DNA of 64,000 nucleotides from Octopus bimaculoides (Eukaryota), in assembly GCF_001194135.2 (NCBI RefSeq), contig NC_068986.1, positions 1,232,331 to 1,296,330 on the forward strand, given 5' to 3'. The number at the start of each line of letters is the position of its first letter. Within the stretch, counting starts at the first letter, position 1. A model generated the notes under the pieces. The model saw nothing but the letters and a program-made list of their open reading frames with translations. It searched no databases and was not told the DNA's origin. Both the position numbers and the translations under genes were made by a program. Below are positions 37,485 through 49,290 of this stretch, in pieces.

Positions 37485-37705
37485 TATGAAGGAGTTCTGA
37501 AAAGTTCTGGACTTTTAGGGTATCGTGAGAGGCATGGTTGGAGGCCCAACCTTCAGAGTTCTTTTTTAGGGCAAAGAAAAACAGGACTGCTGCAATAACT
37601 GTGTGAATCTGAGAGGGGATTATATTCAATAAAATCATAATTAACTGATCCTCCTGTATTTACTTTTTTTGCCCAGAGCCAGGAACATTTCAGCACACCC
37701 TCATA
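37485..37705 (+). mobile_element. Non-autonomous mariner deletion derivative (MITE)
   Basis: Imperfect TIRs tatgaaggagttctgaaaagttctggac and gccaggaacatttcagcacaccctcata with TA ends. The interior encodes a mariner C-terminus, CVNLRGDYIQ*. Confidence 0.75.
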
Positions 37706-39989
37706 TGTATGTATGTATGTATGAATGATACCAGTATGTTGTTTTTACCATTAATTATTCTTCATTTTCTCCCATTATCTTTTAAATTAATTTTATCTTA
37801 CTCATAGATGGATAGGGATTTCAAGAAATGACAACAATGATATCTACAGTTGTTAATTTACTTTTGAAATTTTGTTATGAAAATGTCTTCAGTTTTAATT
37901 ATAAGAGAAAATTCTGCCTTATAATTGAAATGTTGCTGAGTGAAAGGCTTGTTATTAATTAAAGCAGCTGTTACTTTAGAACTTTACTGATTTTGAATAT
38001 TAAAGCTTATGTAATTAATGTAAAATAATAGATTAGACACTGATTACAAATATGGTAGGGTCTGACATATGTAATACAGTGAGCTGAACAACTTTAATCA
38101 GTTGAGATTATCCTGGCAATTAATAGACAAAACTCCTTTTGGTGAATGGGAGCGTAAAATGTAAAAGCAGCAAGCAAGGAAGGTAACTCCAGTCATTTGA
38201 TTTATGTGTGTTGGGTAAGGTTTTTAACTCTTGTTACCCATATAGATTACAGACCCATCCATGATAATCATCCAGCCTCGACTTTTAACCTAGCCCCACC
38301 AAATCTGGTTACTCCCTTGGAAAAACTGCTGTGTTAATTCTCCACTGAATATTGACTGAACAACTAATCTGCAACAATGTCCCATCCTACCACGTGTGCT
38401 CTCAAATGCAATGAACTGATGTTGCTAAATACACCATACTGCAGCTTGCAGATATTGTGGCAATGACTACCCACCAACATCTTGACCAAGCATGAGGACC
38501 TAAGAATAAAGAGAAGAACTGATGTTGACCAATAACATCATGTAACCTGAGTTGACCAGTAGAGAGGTCTAACATCTAGAAGCCATCTTGAATTTGACAA
38601 GTTCGTCCTATGAGCCAACAAAACTTTAAATCACATGGAGCTGAGTCAAACTGCTATTAAATAATATTTATAACTCCTACCAAATCTACTGAGTATAATT
38701 TTCTTTTATTTGCCTATCATATATATTTATGATGAGTTTCTTTTCTCTTTGTTCAACTCAAAACCATGTGGTTGCAAAGTGAACTTCTTTAGTACACAGC
38801 CATATCTGTGTCTTAGTATATGCATGCACACATGCACGCAAACACACACACACAGAGTATAGGGTTGATGATTGTGGTTATCGGTAATATAGCTGATGGG
38901 GGAAATACTTCAGGAAAGCATTCTTAATAACTAAATACGCATAGAGTAGAGTCTCACATAGATGAAATATAGTGTTTTGAAAAACTGAGAGAAACCACTC
39001 AATTAGTAGGAAAAATCTCCCACAGTTTCAATGACATACCAATGTAAATATCACAAGATACTAAATGATAACAAAATAATGAAGACAGAGAGTTTCTTAA
39101 AATGTAAACAGGAAAGTTTAGTAACCTTTTTATATTTCAGACATAAAGACCTATTATCAGAAGTGAACAGAGTAAATAAATGTGAATCTATGCAGATTTG
39201 GCCATTTCTTTATGTCTTATGATGGGTCTTTGTGCCTGAACTATATAAAGGTTACCCTACTTTTGTTTTCCTTTTTTGCATTGTAAGAAGTTCTCCATCT
39301 TCAATACTTTGTTATTTCACTTCTGCATCACAAAGCTTCAAGCAAACTAAAATGCTTTTCTCAGATGATAACTTATTAGCCCTGCCCTTTATTCATTTTA
39401 AGCATTTAATCTTGACTATAAATATCACAGGATACCAAAAATCAAATAACTCCTTATCTATGACTTTCATTCATCTCTAAGCATCAAATCTTTTGGTGTA
39501 AATACCAGGAGACACTGAAAGTCACACAAGTTCTTATCTGTGCCTTTCATTTATCTCTGAGCATTTAGTTGCTTCTTTGTATGCATAACTTATTAAAACT
39601 TATAACAATGATAAAATTAAAAGTAAAGTGCAATTTTATTATTCATTATCTTCTTTCAAGTTAAGGCAACAGACTGACAAAATTATTAGAGACGAGAGAA
39701 TATGCCTAAGAGTATTAGTTCCAACTCTTTGTGTTCTGTGTTCGAATCCTGCTTTCATCCTTTTTGAGACACAAATCAAGGATCAATGTAATTGACTTAC
39801 ACCAACACCTAGAATTAATAGCCTCGTGCCCAAATTAGAAACAATTATCTCCTTTCAACTTACCTTTAGTGTTTCTTTCAAGATTGTCTCTGGTCTCTTA
39901 TTAACAATATACATTTTACGGCTAATTATCATCATCCAGTTTCCCTACCTAACCAAGTTACCTTATTTTTGGCAGATCCAGTGAGGAAG

Positions 39990-40200
39990 GATCCTTTCTG
40001 CAGTTGTTTGACCAAATAGTAAAAACAACCAAATCTTCCTCAAATCATATCCTGCTATCTTAAAAGAGGAAAAATACATTAGATAATGTAGTTCTATCCA
40101 AAAAACAAAAAAAAAAAACTGGATCGTCATGGCTGGAATGCTTTTGATTATAGTTCTGCTCAGTCTCGGATGATCATAAGACAAACAACAACAACAACAA
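39990..40200 (+). mobile_element. Family F retroposon with a (CAA)n tail
   Basis: caaccaaatcttcctcaaatcatatcctgctatc...catggctggaatg...aaacaacaacaacaac. Confidence 0.55.
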
Positions 40201-40428
40201 CTGCCTTAGTTTTGACTGCCGTAATATCATATTGTTGAATCATATCCATGAATTTTTAATATAATTTTTACTGATCATTATTTAGAGAAATTTTCCATCA
40301 CTTTTGAAACTAAATATTCACATAGATTCAGCTTTGTTCTCAAGAGGTTTGGAGGAATTAACAGAAATTCTTACCAAGAAGGCAACAAAATGGTAGAGTT
40401 GTTAAAACATTGAATAGAATACCTTACT

Positions 40429-40520
40429 GGATTTGAACTCAGAGCATAATAAACCGGAGCAAATTCAGCAAAGCATTCTACTCAATTTGCTCCAGTTTAT
40501 TGTGCTCTGAGTTCAAATCC
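40429..40520. repeat. Inverted repeat, 37-bp arms (35/37 match), 18-nt spacer, within a family B SINE
   Basis: ggatttgaactcagagcataataaaccggagcaaatt versus aatttgctccagtttattgtgctctgagttcaaatcc. Confidence 0.9.
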
Positions 40521-40879
40521 CACAAAGTTTGACTTTGACCTTCAACCTTTTGTGGTCAGCAAATAAAGTATCAGCACACATCAGTAATTTAATGGAATTA
40601 TTAAGTGCATGACTGGATGCTTTGCAGTGTCTGTTCTGGCGGCCACTTACTTCCTCATCATGGGGAACAAAATCCTTGGGACCCAGTTAATCCTGTGACT
40701 ATCCAAGATGTTTCAAGAATTTGTAATTTATATTTGTTTGCTGCCGAATCAAAGTGCAAGTATTATGATAGCTGTGTGTATGTATTGTTCTTCGTTTGAG
40801 TTTGTTTGTTTAGCAGGCTGTGGCGAATGCAGTAAGGCACTTGAGAAACACCCAGCTGCTGCCCATCCAACAGACTCTA

Positions 40880-41035
40880 CTCTTTTCATTTACCTCTAGA
40901 ATCCAGCTGTAGAAACTCTGCCAAATCAGACTGGAGCCTGGTGCAGCCATCCGGTTTCACCAGTCCTCAGTCAAATCGTCCAACCCATGCTAGCGTGGAA
41001 AGCGGACGTTAAACGACAATGATGATGACGATGAT
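40880..41035 (+). mobile_element. RTE-like retroposon 3' end, (GAT)n tail
   Basis: cgtccaacccatgctagcgtggaaagcggacgttaaacgacaatgatgatgacg. Confidence 0.7.
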
Positions 41036-43064
41036 CCACGAATCTTTTTAATTTTTCACTCGTGTTTCAAACATTAAAGGACATCACATTTCTTAATGAT
41101 TCCTGATAATGGAGTGTTGAGAGAGAAACAGAAAAGATACAAATAAAGAACAGAAAACTCATATTTTGCTGCAAGATTAAACCAATTTCCAGAATAAATT
41201 TGTGTTTTTTTCCATATATATGCTTTTATTACAGTACTAGTTTTATCATCCATGTTGTATTCAAGATATCAAATCACATGCTTTCATGTACAATCAGCCA
41301 ATATCACACAATCATGAATCTGAAATTTTCAATTACAATTTTATATTGGAAACACCTAAAAGCTAAACAATACTGATTGGAATTTATTTGCTTGCGGTTT
41401 CTAAAATGATTTTGTTTGTCATTATACAGAGGAAATAAAGTTTTATTTGCAACATATCAGTTTTATAATAGTTAACAATAGGCTGGTTCTGTTTATTATC
41501 ACGTATCATAATCTCAATTATAACATTAAATAGAACTATGCCGAAACAATTTTTGTCTTATTCTAAAACCATCAATAGTTTTCTTTTTGTAGTACTTTCC
41601 TGAAAACATTTACTATCTTTTTATCATTGTTTCATATTTTATTTAGTCTTAATTTGTATAACATAACTGGATCAGAATCAATTGATTTTATCTAATATCA
41701 TAGAGTTATTATATTTCATTATTCAGCAGATATAATCAGATAAATTAAAACACCCTTCAATTTCACAAATATTAATGTGAAATGTAACAAACGATAAATA
41801 TCTGATAAAAAAGACTTTGAAATATACGTATACAGATAATATATATCCTCCATAGCAAAATCTAGGAGTCATTTGAGCTATTTATGAAACTAGAATAAAC
41901 AAACAAATATTAAAATAAATATTAAAACAAAGGTCAACTCAAGAGAATGACGAGTTCCTGAACATAATCGGTCATAAGAATGGCATATGAAGATTAGCTT
42001 TATGGAATGTGTCTTGTGTAAGTTGACCTGGGGAAGCCCAACGTTTGTTACTGTGCTTGCTATTCAGTAATCACAAGAGAAAATATCTCAAGATCTCATA
42101 AAACACATCATCATCATTATCATGCATGTTTTCTCTGATGGGAGGGGGAGGGTTGTGTGGGTATCACAGTGTCTTGTCACTTGTTGCGGTCATTCATGAT
42201 TTTGGTAGAGATTGTAGTGGAGAAAATTTTCAGTTTTTGGTTATGTCATGTTTTTTGGCATATTCCTATAGCTGGATGCTCTTTTTATCATCAACTGCTC
42301 AATACAGGCTGAAATCCTTAAATCTAACAATCTTACGACTTGATAATTGTTGGGCCATGGATAAAAGCCAGAAAACAGTTTATAACTTCCTATATAAATT
42401 AGGAGCTACTCTTAGGGATTAATTTCCATCTCATTGCTATTTCATTCTACATATATATACTGATGTCTTATCAAAGCTAGAACAAGGCTTAAATAGGAAA
42501 TAATGCATCTAATAATGCTTCCAAAGATTCAAACAGTGCTGGTCCATGCAAACTGCTGGACCATGGAGGGCCAAATTGAAGAGGTTCAGCCTACGACATA
42601 TAGACTAGGTGCATTTTATGCTACCAAAATTTGAGAGATGATTGTCCTTGAGTGGCAAGATAAAGAGATCTCTTTACTCTTTGCAAATTTTGTTCAAAGT
42701 CACTGCCCTCCTAGATGGGATGATTGTGCTATTGCTTATGGAGTCCATACTGCTATTTACTCCAAGTGAATGCATTCATGTTAATAAATTACAGTGTGTT
42801 ATTGAATCACTACTAGATTAAGATGAGACACAAAGAGATTTCTAAAGAGACCAGTTCCTGAATTAACCTATAAGTGTGTATACAGGAAATCAGATAATCT
42901 CAAAGAGACAAACTGAAGGATTTCCACAAAGAGTATATTATGCACATATTAGAAATAATAGGCACAATTTAATTTAATTGTCCCCATTTCTGGTATGATT
43001 CATAGCTGCATATGAAAGACATGAAATTCAAACCAACATTAGAGTGTCTATATGGTTGCTTGAC

Positions 43065-43268
43065 TTTCTTGAAATAACAGCTAAATCTCTCTCGAGTCAC
43101 ACTTTATAATCACAAATGAAAAAAGGAAAGACACATCGGATAATGTAATCCTAGATACACAATGTTTGAATCAAAGACAGAGTGATTACAGTTGGAGCAC
43201 CTTTGACTGCTTGAACAGAGCTGATCAGATCCAACCTGAAATTAAACAACTGCAACAACAACAACAAT
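43065..43268 (+). mobile_element. Retroposon with a (CAA)n tail (family F)
   Basis: gaaataacagctaaatctc...caacaacaacaac; similar copies at 39990-40200 (+), 55630-55830 (-) and 60900-61615 (-). Confidence 0.55.
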
Positions 43269-44214
43269 AGGATATCAGAACCAAATATATGACAACATAA
43301 AATTAGGAAGTTCAGACATTGATTAGCACTATGAAAAGTATTTTTAAAAGTGTTTAAACTGATGTATTGAAAGGGTGCCAATCAAATATTTACAGGAATA
43401 AAATATAAATCTTATCAAATATAGTTTAAAATTATCTTTCCCATATGTTTGAACTGTTATTTTTCTTCTGGTTTGAACAAGTTTGCTTTCATTAGTAAGG
43501 ATTAGTCAGGCCATTAGCCAAATTCATTTTAAGAATTGTACTATGACAATTTGGCAAGGATAGCCATGCAGGAATTCTCTGCCAGATGGTTTCAATAAAA
43601 GTGGTAGATGCCTGATGCAATTTTTTCTTCTGCATTAATATTTCATATTCTTGAAGTATTCTTTGAACAAAGTGAAGGGAAAAAGCTGCCTGTGGTTCAG
43701 TTAAGTTTTGCAAAAGGCAAAGAAATTCTTCTACTGGTTTCACTTGTTAGACTGTGACCATGCTAAGGCACTACCTTCTGTAGTACAGTAAACTACATGG
43801 ACACCAGTATTTATTTTAACAACTTTGATGAGATTTGAACTCCTAATAACAGATATAGTTGGTGCATAGACAAGAAAGTTTATCTAGGAGATAATCTTTC
43901 CTAGGTAAGGCTTTTCTGATGTCAAATGCAATGATATTACTTTTGTTAAACTTCTTAAATCTGAGTTACAACTGATGTTTGACATCAGGAAGCAAGTCCT
44001 CAGTAAATCTGACTCTATGGAAGCCATACTGGTAGAGAGTGAGAGGAGAAAAAGTCTCAAGGTACTGGAGAAGGTTATTATTAAGAACTATTTATTCAAG
44101 TTTAATGTTTGTTTATTTATAATCATTAGAAGCACACTATTTATGTTGGTTTTCACCTGTCTATTTAACCCTGTCATATTTTTCCTCCACCTTTTCATAC
44201 TTTAGTGTTTCATA

Positions 44215-44415
44215 AATGTAGATCAGTGAGAATTGAAAAGGGGAGCTGTTTGGTTAACAACTTCACTTCACAACCGTGTAGTTTGGAATTCAGCCCCACT
44301 GAACAGTGTCTTGGGCAAGTGTCTACTATTATATAATTCAGGCTGAGCAGTGCCTTGTAGGTGAAATGAAATTGGTAGCTGAAAACTGTATGGAAGCCTA
44401 TCGTGTGTGTATGTG
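44215..44415 (-). mobile_element. Family A SINE, 5' half
   Basis: Reverse-strand head and cttgggcaagtgtctactat motif. Confidence 0.6.
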
Positions 44416-44494
44416 TGCATATGTTGACATTCCTGTCAGTCACTGTGTTTTTGAAGATCAGTGAAGTAAAAGATCCCTTATTTTTTATCTTTTA

Positions 44495-44880
44495 CAGTTA
44501 TTGGACTGTGGCCATGCTGGAGCACTGCCTTAAAGGATTTTAATCGAACAAATCAACCCCATTTTTAAGTCTAGTATTTTTAAGTCTTTTTTGTTGAATT
44601 GCTAAGTTATAAGGACGTAAATAAACCAACACTGGTTGTCAAGTTGTGGTGGGGGAGAAATACAACACAAACACAAGGACACATGGACATGGGCACAAGT
44701 ACATAGATACACACACAAACTCTCACTCACTTATATATACACAAGCTTCTTTCAGTTTCCATCTAACAAATCCAATCACAAGTCTTTGGTTGGCCCAAGG
44801 CAATAGTAGAAGACATTTGCCCTAGGTACCACACAGTAGGACTGAACCTAATACCTCATAGTTGGGAAGCGAGCTTCTTA
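44495..44880 (-). mobile_element. Family A SINE, full length
   Basis: Same head and tail motifs in reverse orientation. Confidence 0.75.
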
Positions 44881-45839
44881 CCCACACAGCTATGCCTCTG
44901 CCTGTACTTGGAAAGCAATTAAATGCTGATGGCAAGAAAGCCACTTGGCTGTAGAATGCAGCCGGAAAGACATCCCCATCCGACCCATACTTGCTTGGAA
45001 GAAATGGGCAAAGGAATGAACTGCAGAGGATTCAAAACTTTAAAACTTATCCTATATCATAGTGAAGAAAGTTGAATTATATGAACGCAAATTTCATTTT
45101 GTCTTCTTATTAATAAAGTGGCAAAGGCTGAACAATTTCCATAATGTTGTTCTTGTGTGGGATGGGGGGGGGGCTGTCCGGTATTCGTTAGTTTGAGAAC
45201 TTTAGAGCAAACATAGAAAGAAGCATTTTTCACTTATATCTTAGATTAACAAAGCAGTTATTTAAAGTTTTCAATGACCCTCATTCAATTGCAGAAGATT
45301 CTCTCTGCAATCACTGATACTGAATTTGATTTAAAGGATGTAATCAATAAATTCCGTTAACTTTGATCTATTCTGATGAAAGGGTTTGAAAGAATGAAAA
45401 ATGCTGCTGCATTTATGAAGGTAAAGGACATTAGGCAGATATCTATCTGCTGGTACTTGGTCACTTCAAATGATATCAAAGTAATCTATTAAACCAAAAT
45501 TAAAATGACTTTAGACTTCATAGAAATTCCTTGACTCACTTGGTTTCACTTCAGAGATGAAATATTAATCAGTATAAGAGAAATTTGACGTTTATCTTAT
45601 CTATCACAAAGCTTATCATAAGTGAAATTAGTTTCTGAGAATTCACTTCAATGCTCTTCTATCGAAAATCAATTATAATATTATTTTAAATAACTATAAC
45701 AGAAGCAGCCCACCAAAAAAAAACAAAAAAACCAAGCAATAAATTAGTGGTATATCATAAAGGAATTTTATAATAATGACAATGTTTTCTGACATAAAAA
45801 AAGGATAAGAATCATTCCTGAGTCGTCTAGACTCATAGG

Positions 45840-46045
45840 GCTGGTTTCCCAGTTTCTGTGATGTGTATATTTCCCACCTGGATGGGACACTAATCCATCA
45901 TAGGACTACTAATTTTTTGCCAGCTGAGTCAACTGGAGCAATGTGAAATGAAGTATTATTATGCTCAAGGAGACAATGCAGCACCTGGTACAGGAATCAG
46001 AAACCCCAGTCTTATGATCATGAGCCCAACACCCTAACCACTAAG
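45840..46045 (-). mobile_element. Family D SINE, head-to-head with the family A copy at 46046
   Basis: The reverse strand has cttagtggttagggtgttgggctcatgatc...cttgagc...ttgctccagttgactcagctggc. Confidence 0.65.
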
Positions 46046-46185
46046 TAGCTTGCTTACCAACCACATGGTTCCGGGTTCAGTCCCACTGCGTGGCACCTTG
46101 GGCAAGTGTCTTCTACTATAGCCTCGGGCTGACCAAAGCCTTGTGAGTGGATTTGGTAGACGGAAACTGAAAGAAGCCCGTCGTA

Positions 46186-46245
<60 letters not shown>

Positions 46246-46470
46246 CGTGTGTATATGTTTGCGTGTCTGTGTTTGTCCCCCAACATCGCTTGACAACTGA
46301 TGGTGGTGTGTTTAAATCCCCGTAACTTGGCGGTTCGGCAAAAGAGACCGATAGAATAAGTACTAGGCTTTCAAAGAATAAGTCCTGGGGTCGATTTGCT
46401 CGACTAAAGGCGGTGCTCCAGCATGGCCGCAGTCAAATGACTGAAACAAGTAAAAGAGTAAAAAGTAAAG
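46046..46470 (+). mobile_element. Near-full-length tRNA-derived SINE (family A) with an internal (TA)n/(TG)n microsatellite; low divergence
   Basis: B-box-like gggttcagtccc head, body accttgggcaagtgtcttctactatagc, internal microsatellite, tail gactgaaacaagtaaaagagtaaaaag; CpGs retained. Confidence 0.85.
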
Positions 46471-47719
46471 AGGGAGGAGGGAGGACAAGTCACATGATTC
46501 TTTATAGGGCCTCTCAGATTGGTGGAGGGAATGAGGAAGCTATTCTCAAACTGTGATTGAGAAGTTTGTTTCACAATTATTCAGTTCCAGGTTCATTCTC
46601 GTTGCAGTCCACCTTGGGCAAGTATCTTCTTGTGAGTGAGCCTGTATAGATGAGAGTTATGTAAGAACTCGTCAGTTTGTATTTATTCTTGTATAATAGT
46701 CCTAATCCATCCATTGACTAGTTTAACCCCACGACTGTTATTTGGATACCTCTTTGTTTAATAAAGTCCTTGATTTGGGTTGATTCAGTAGAAAGCAGCA
46801 GATCTCTTCCTGGACCATGGAACCAGGAGAGATGTACTGCTTAAAAGTCACATATGCTGCTCTTCATTCTCTAGTTAAGCTATAAAAACAAAGCAAAAAA
46901 AGGGTGATGTTATAGTTAATGTAATATTTTGTTCTTGGATAGTAATCTGGTAAAAACTCTAAAGTCTCTTTGAAGAAGTTAATGTGATTTGTTAAGAAGT
47001 TTATGGAAGGAAGGAATTGATTAAAATGACCATTTGATGTATTCTTCAAAGTGAGCCAAATGAAAGACTCAAACCTCAATCAGCCTAAAATAGTACATAT
47101 TTATAAATAAAAAAAAAATATATCTATTTAAAAATATTTTACTCGTCAAACATTTAAAAAAAAAAAAAAAAGCAAAAACATCCTTATTAACCTGGCTTCT
47201 AATATTTGTTACAAAACTATTTTTCTGTGTGACCAATTAAATCACTATTTAAAATTGCTAATTGCTATTATCTAAGATATTTAAGTTAATAATTATTTTG
47301 GACAATTTTAATTTATAATTTTGAAATCATGATCACAGCACAGTGAAATTAGAGGGGAGGTATGCTATTTCTAGATGGTAAAAATATAAATTTCTCATGT
47401 TGCGCACTAATAATAATTATAAATATAACAATCAGAAAGTCAAAGGATAGGTGGTCATTGGTTCTGCAACTTCGGTTTGCTAATTAGAGAATTTATTTCA
47501 TTTTGATTCTATCAAGTTTCTTTAAAATTATAATGATTACCTTTGATATTAATTATTTTTGTGGCTAGTTTGATTGAGTAGAGATAATCTAGTGACTGGA
47601 GAATTTTGACCTAATTTCGATTATTGGTTATTGCCATTTGGTTTTTCTTGTATCATTAAATGCCATTGAAAACAATGTATTAATGTCATACAAGATTTCT
47701 TTTTTTTTTTTTTTTTTTT

Positions 47720-47947
47720 NNNNNNNNNNNNNNNNNNNNNNNNNNNNNNNNNNNNNNNNNNNNNNNNNNNNNNNNNNNNNNNNNNNNNNNNNNNNNNNNN
47801 NNNNNNNNNNNNNNNNNNNNNNNNNNNNNNNNNNNNNNNNNNNNNNNNNNNNNNNNNNNNNNNNNNNNNNNNNNNNNNNNNNNNNNNNNNNNNNNNNNNN
47901 NNNNNNNNNNNNNNNNNNNNNNNNNNNNNNNNNNNNNNNNNNNNNNN
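47720..47947. other. Assembly gap (N) between poly-T and (TA)n
   Basis: 228 Ns. Confidence 0.99.
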
Positions 47948-47994
<47 letters not shown>

Positions 47995-48419
47995 TTTCTA
48001 TCTCATCATCTTCATTTTAATGTCTACTTTTCCATGCTTGCATGTATTAGATGGAAGAGGGCTTCTGCAAATTTTCCATCTGCTAAACTTCACCAACGTG
48101 ATATTGGTGAACTAAGAGGTTATAGTTTAAGATACTTGCCCAAAGTTCCACACACAGGGATCAAATACTGAACAACATGTCTGTAAAGTAAATTTATTCG
48201 CTACATAACCACAACTGCTTCTGTAAATATAAACCTTGCAACTATGTAGAAAACAATGATATTAAACGATGATGATGATGATGATGATGATTGCGAGAGG
48301 TTAAAGAATTTCACTGTAAACATTTAGTTCAAGTTACCCTTTATCCTATAGCTAAGCCATAAAAAAACAAAAACAATAAAGATAGTGACGTAGTTTATCT
48401 ATTTTATTCTTTTAAAAAT

Positions 48420-48650
48420 TCATAGGACTTCTATTGGTCAATGTTGACCATGCATCTGCACATGTATGTGTAGGCCTATGCAAGTATTTTTAGGAAAACT
48501 AGTAGTGGCCCATACATACCAAGCTCCATTGTCCATCTCACCAATGTTTATCCCAGGGAAAGGTTGTTAACTTGGATTAGTACAGCTTGGTTCCAATGTC
48601 ATCACCGTTGTTATCAGAACACAAAAGCTGAAACAGCTACTGCAAGACAC
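48420..48650 (+). repeat. Unclassified dispersed repeat, homolog of 15715-15950
   Basis: Visual alignment as described for 15715-15950. Confidence 0.6.
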
Positions 48651-49103
48651 CAATCCACTGCCCTAGATTGGCACTTCTTTTTTATCAACCAACCTCGAAA
48701 GGATGAAAAGCAGAATTGACCTTGGCAGGATTTAAAACCAGATTACTCTTTCAATTCATTGCTTTTTTGAAAAATTGTAGTTTCAATAATTCCATATTTT
48801 TGATTTTGTCTATATAAAAATAGATGTAATATTTTATTTTATTTTCCGTAGTATGCTACTTAGTAGCTCCAGTTCTCTGTGGCTACTGGAATTGTTGAGT
48901 ATATAAACAGATTGGCTGCTTGTTTCTCTGGGATTGGCCAAATTGATGTAAATACCGCTGATGAGAGTTCAAAAAGGTTCCAAAATCAATTAAGACTATT
49001 CATAATTTTTTTTCAGTCTATGGAGAAATAGCTAAATTAGTTCTGCTTTTATATCTACCACCTTGGTTGAATGTATTAGTAATATTGAAATTTTACTTTA
49101 CAG

Positions 49104-49290
49104 GTCTGTGAATATGCAAATGAACAATGGCGCTACTCCTGCATATTTAGCAAGTCAAGAAAGGAAGCTGGACATCCTCAAGTACATTGTTACCGAAGCA
49201 AAAGGATCCTTAAAGATAACTGCTTTTGATGGAATGTCTTGTTTACATGCTTCATCACAAATGGGACATTTAGATATCATCAAATGGCTA
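49104..49290 (+). CDS. ESPN: Internal coding exon (187 nt) of an espin/forked-family ankyrin-repeat actin-bundling protein
   Basis: Acceptor ttttactttacag|G and donor CTA|gtaagt. Translation SVNMQMNNGATPAYLASQERKLDILKYIVTEAKGSLKITAFDGMSCLHASSQMGHLDIIKWL aligns with recalled human espin [24 protein letters not shown]...DGMTPLHAAAQMGH..VIVWL and Drosophila forked YLAAQEGHLEVLKFLVLEAGGSL...DGMAPIHAASQMG. Confidence 0.88.

Noticed and set aside
38300-38560. CRYCG zinc-knuckle-like fragment (LINE ORF1 or gag)
   Set aside because: A single short motif with no continuous frame.
40600-40900. Possible exon (strong minus-strand gtaagt donor at about 40645; plus-strand ORFs of 63-64 aa)
   Set aside because: Frames upstream of the donor hit stops quickly, and there is no ankyrin or other recognisable motif.
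47638-48171. 177-aa ORF
   Set aside because: It spans an N gap, poly-T and (TA)n.
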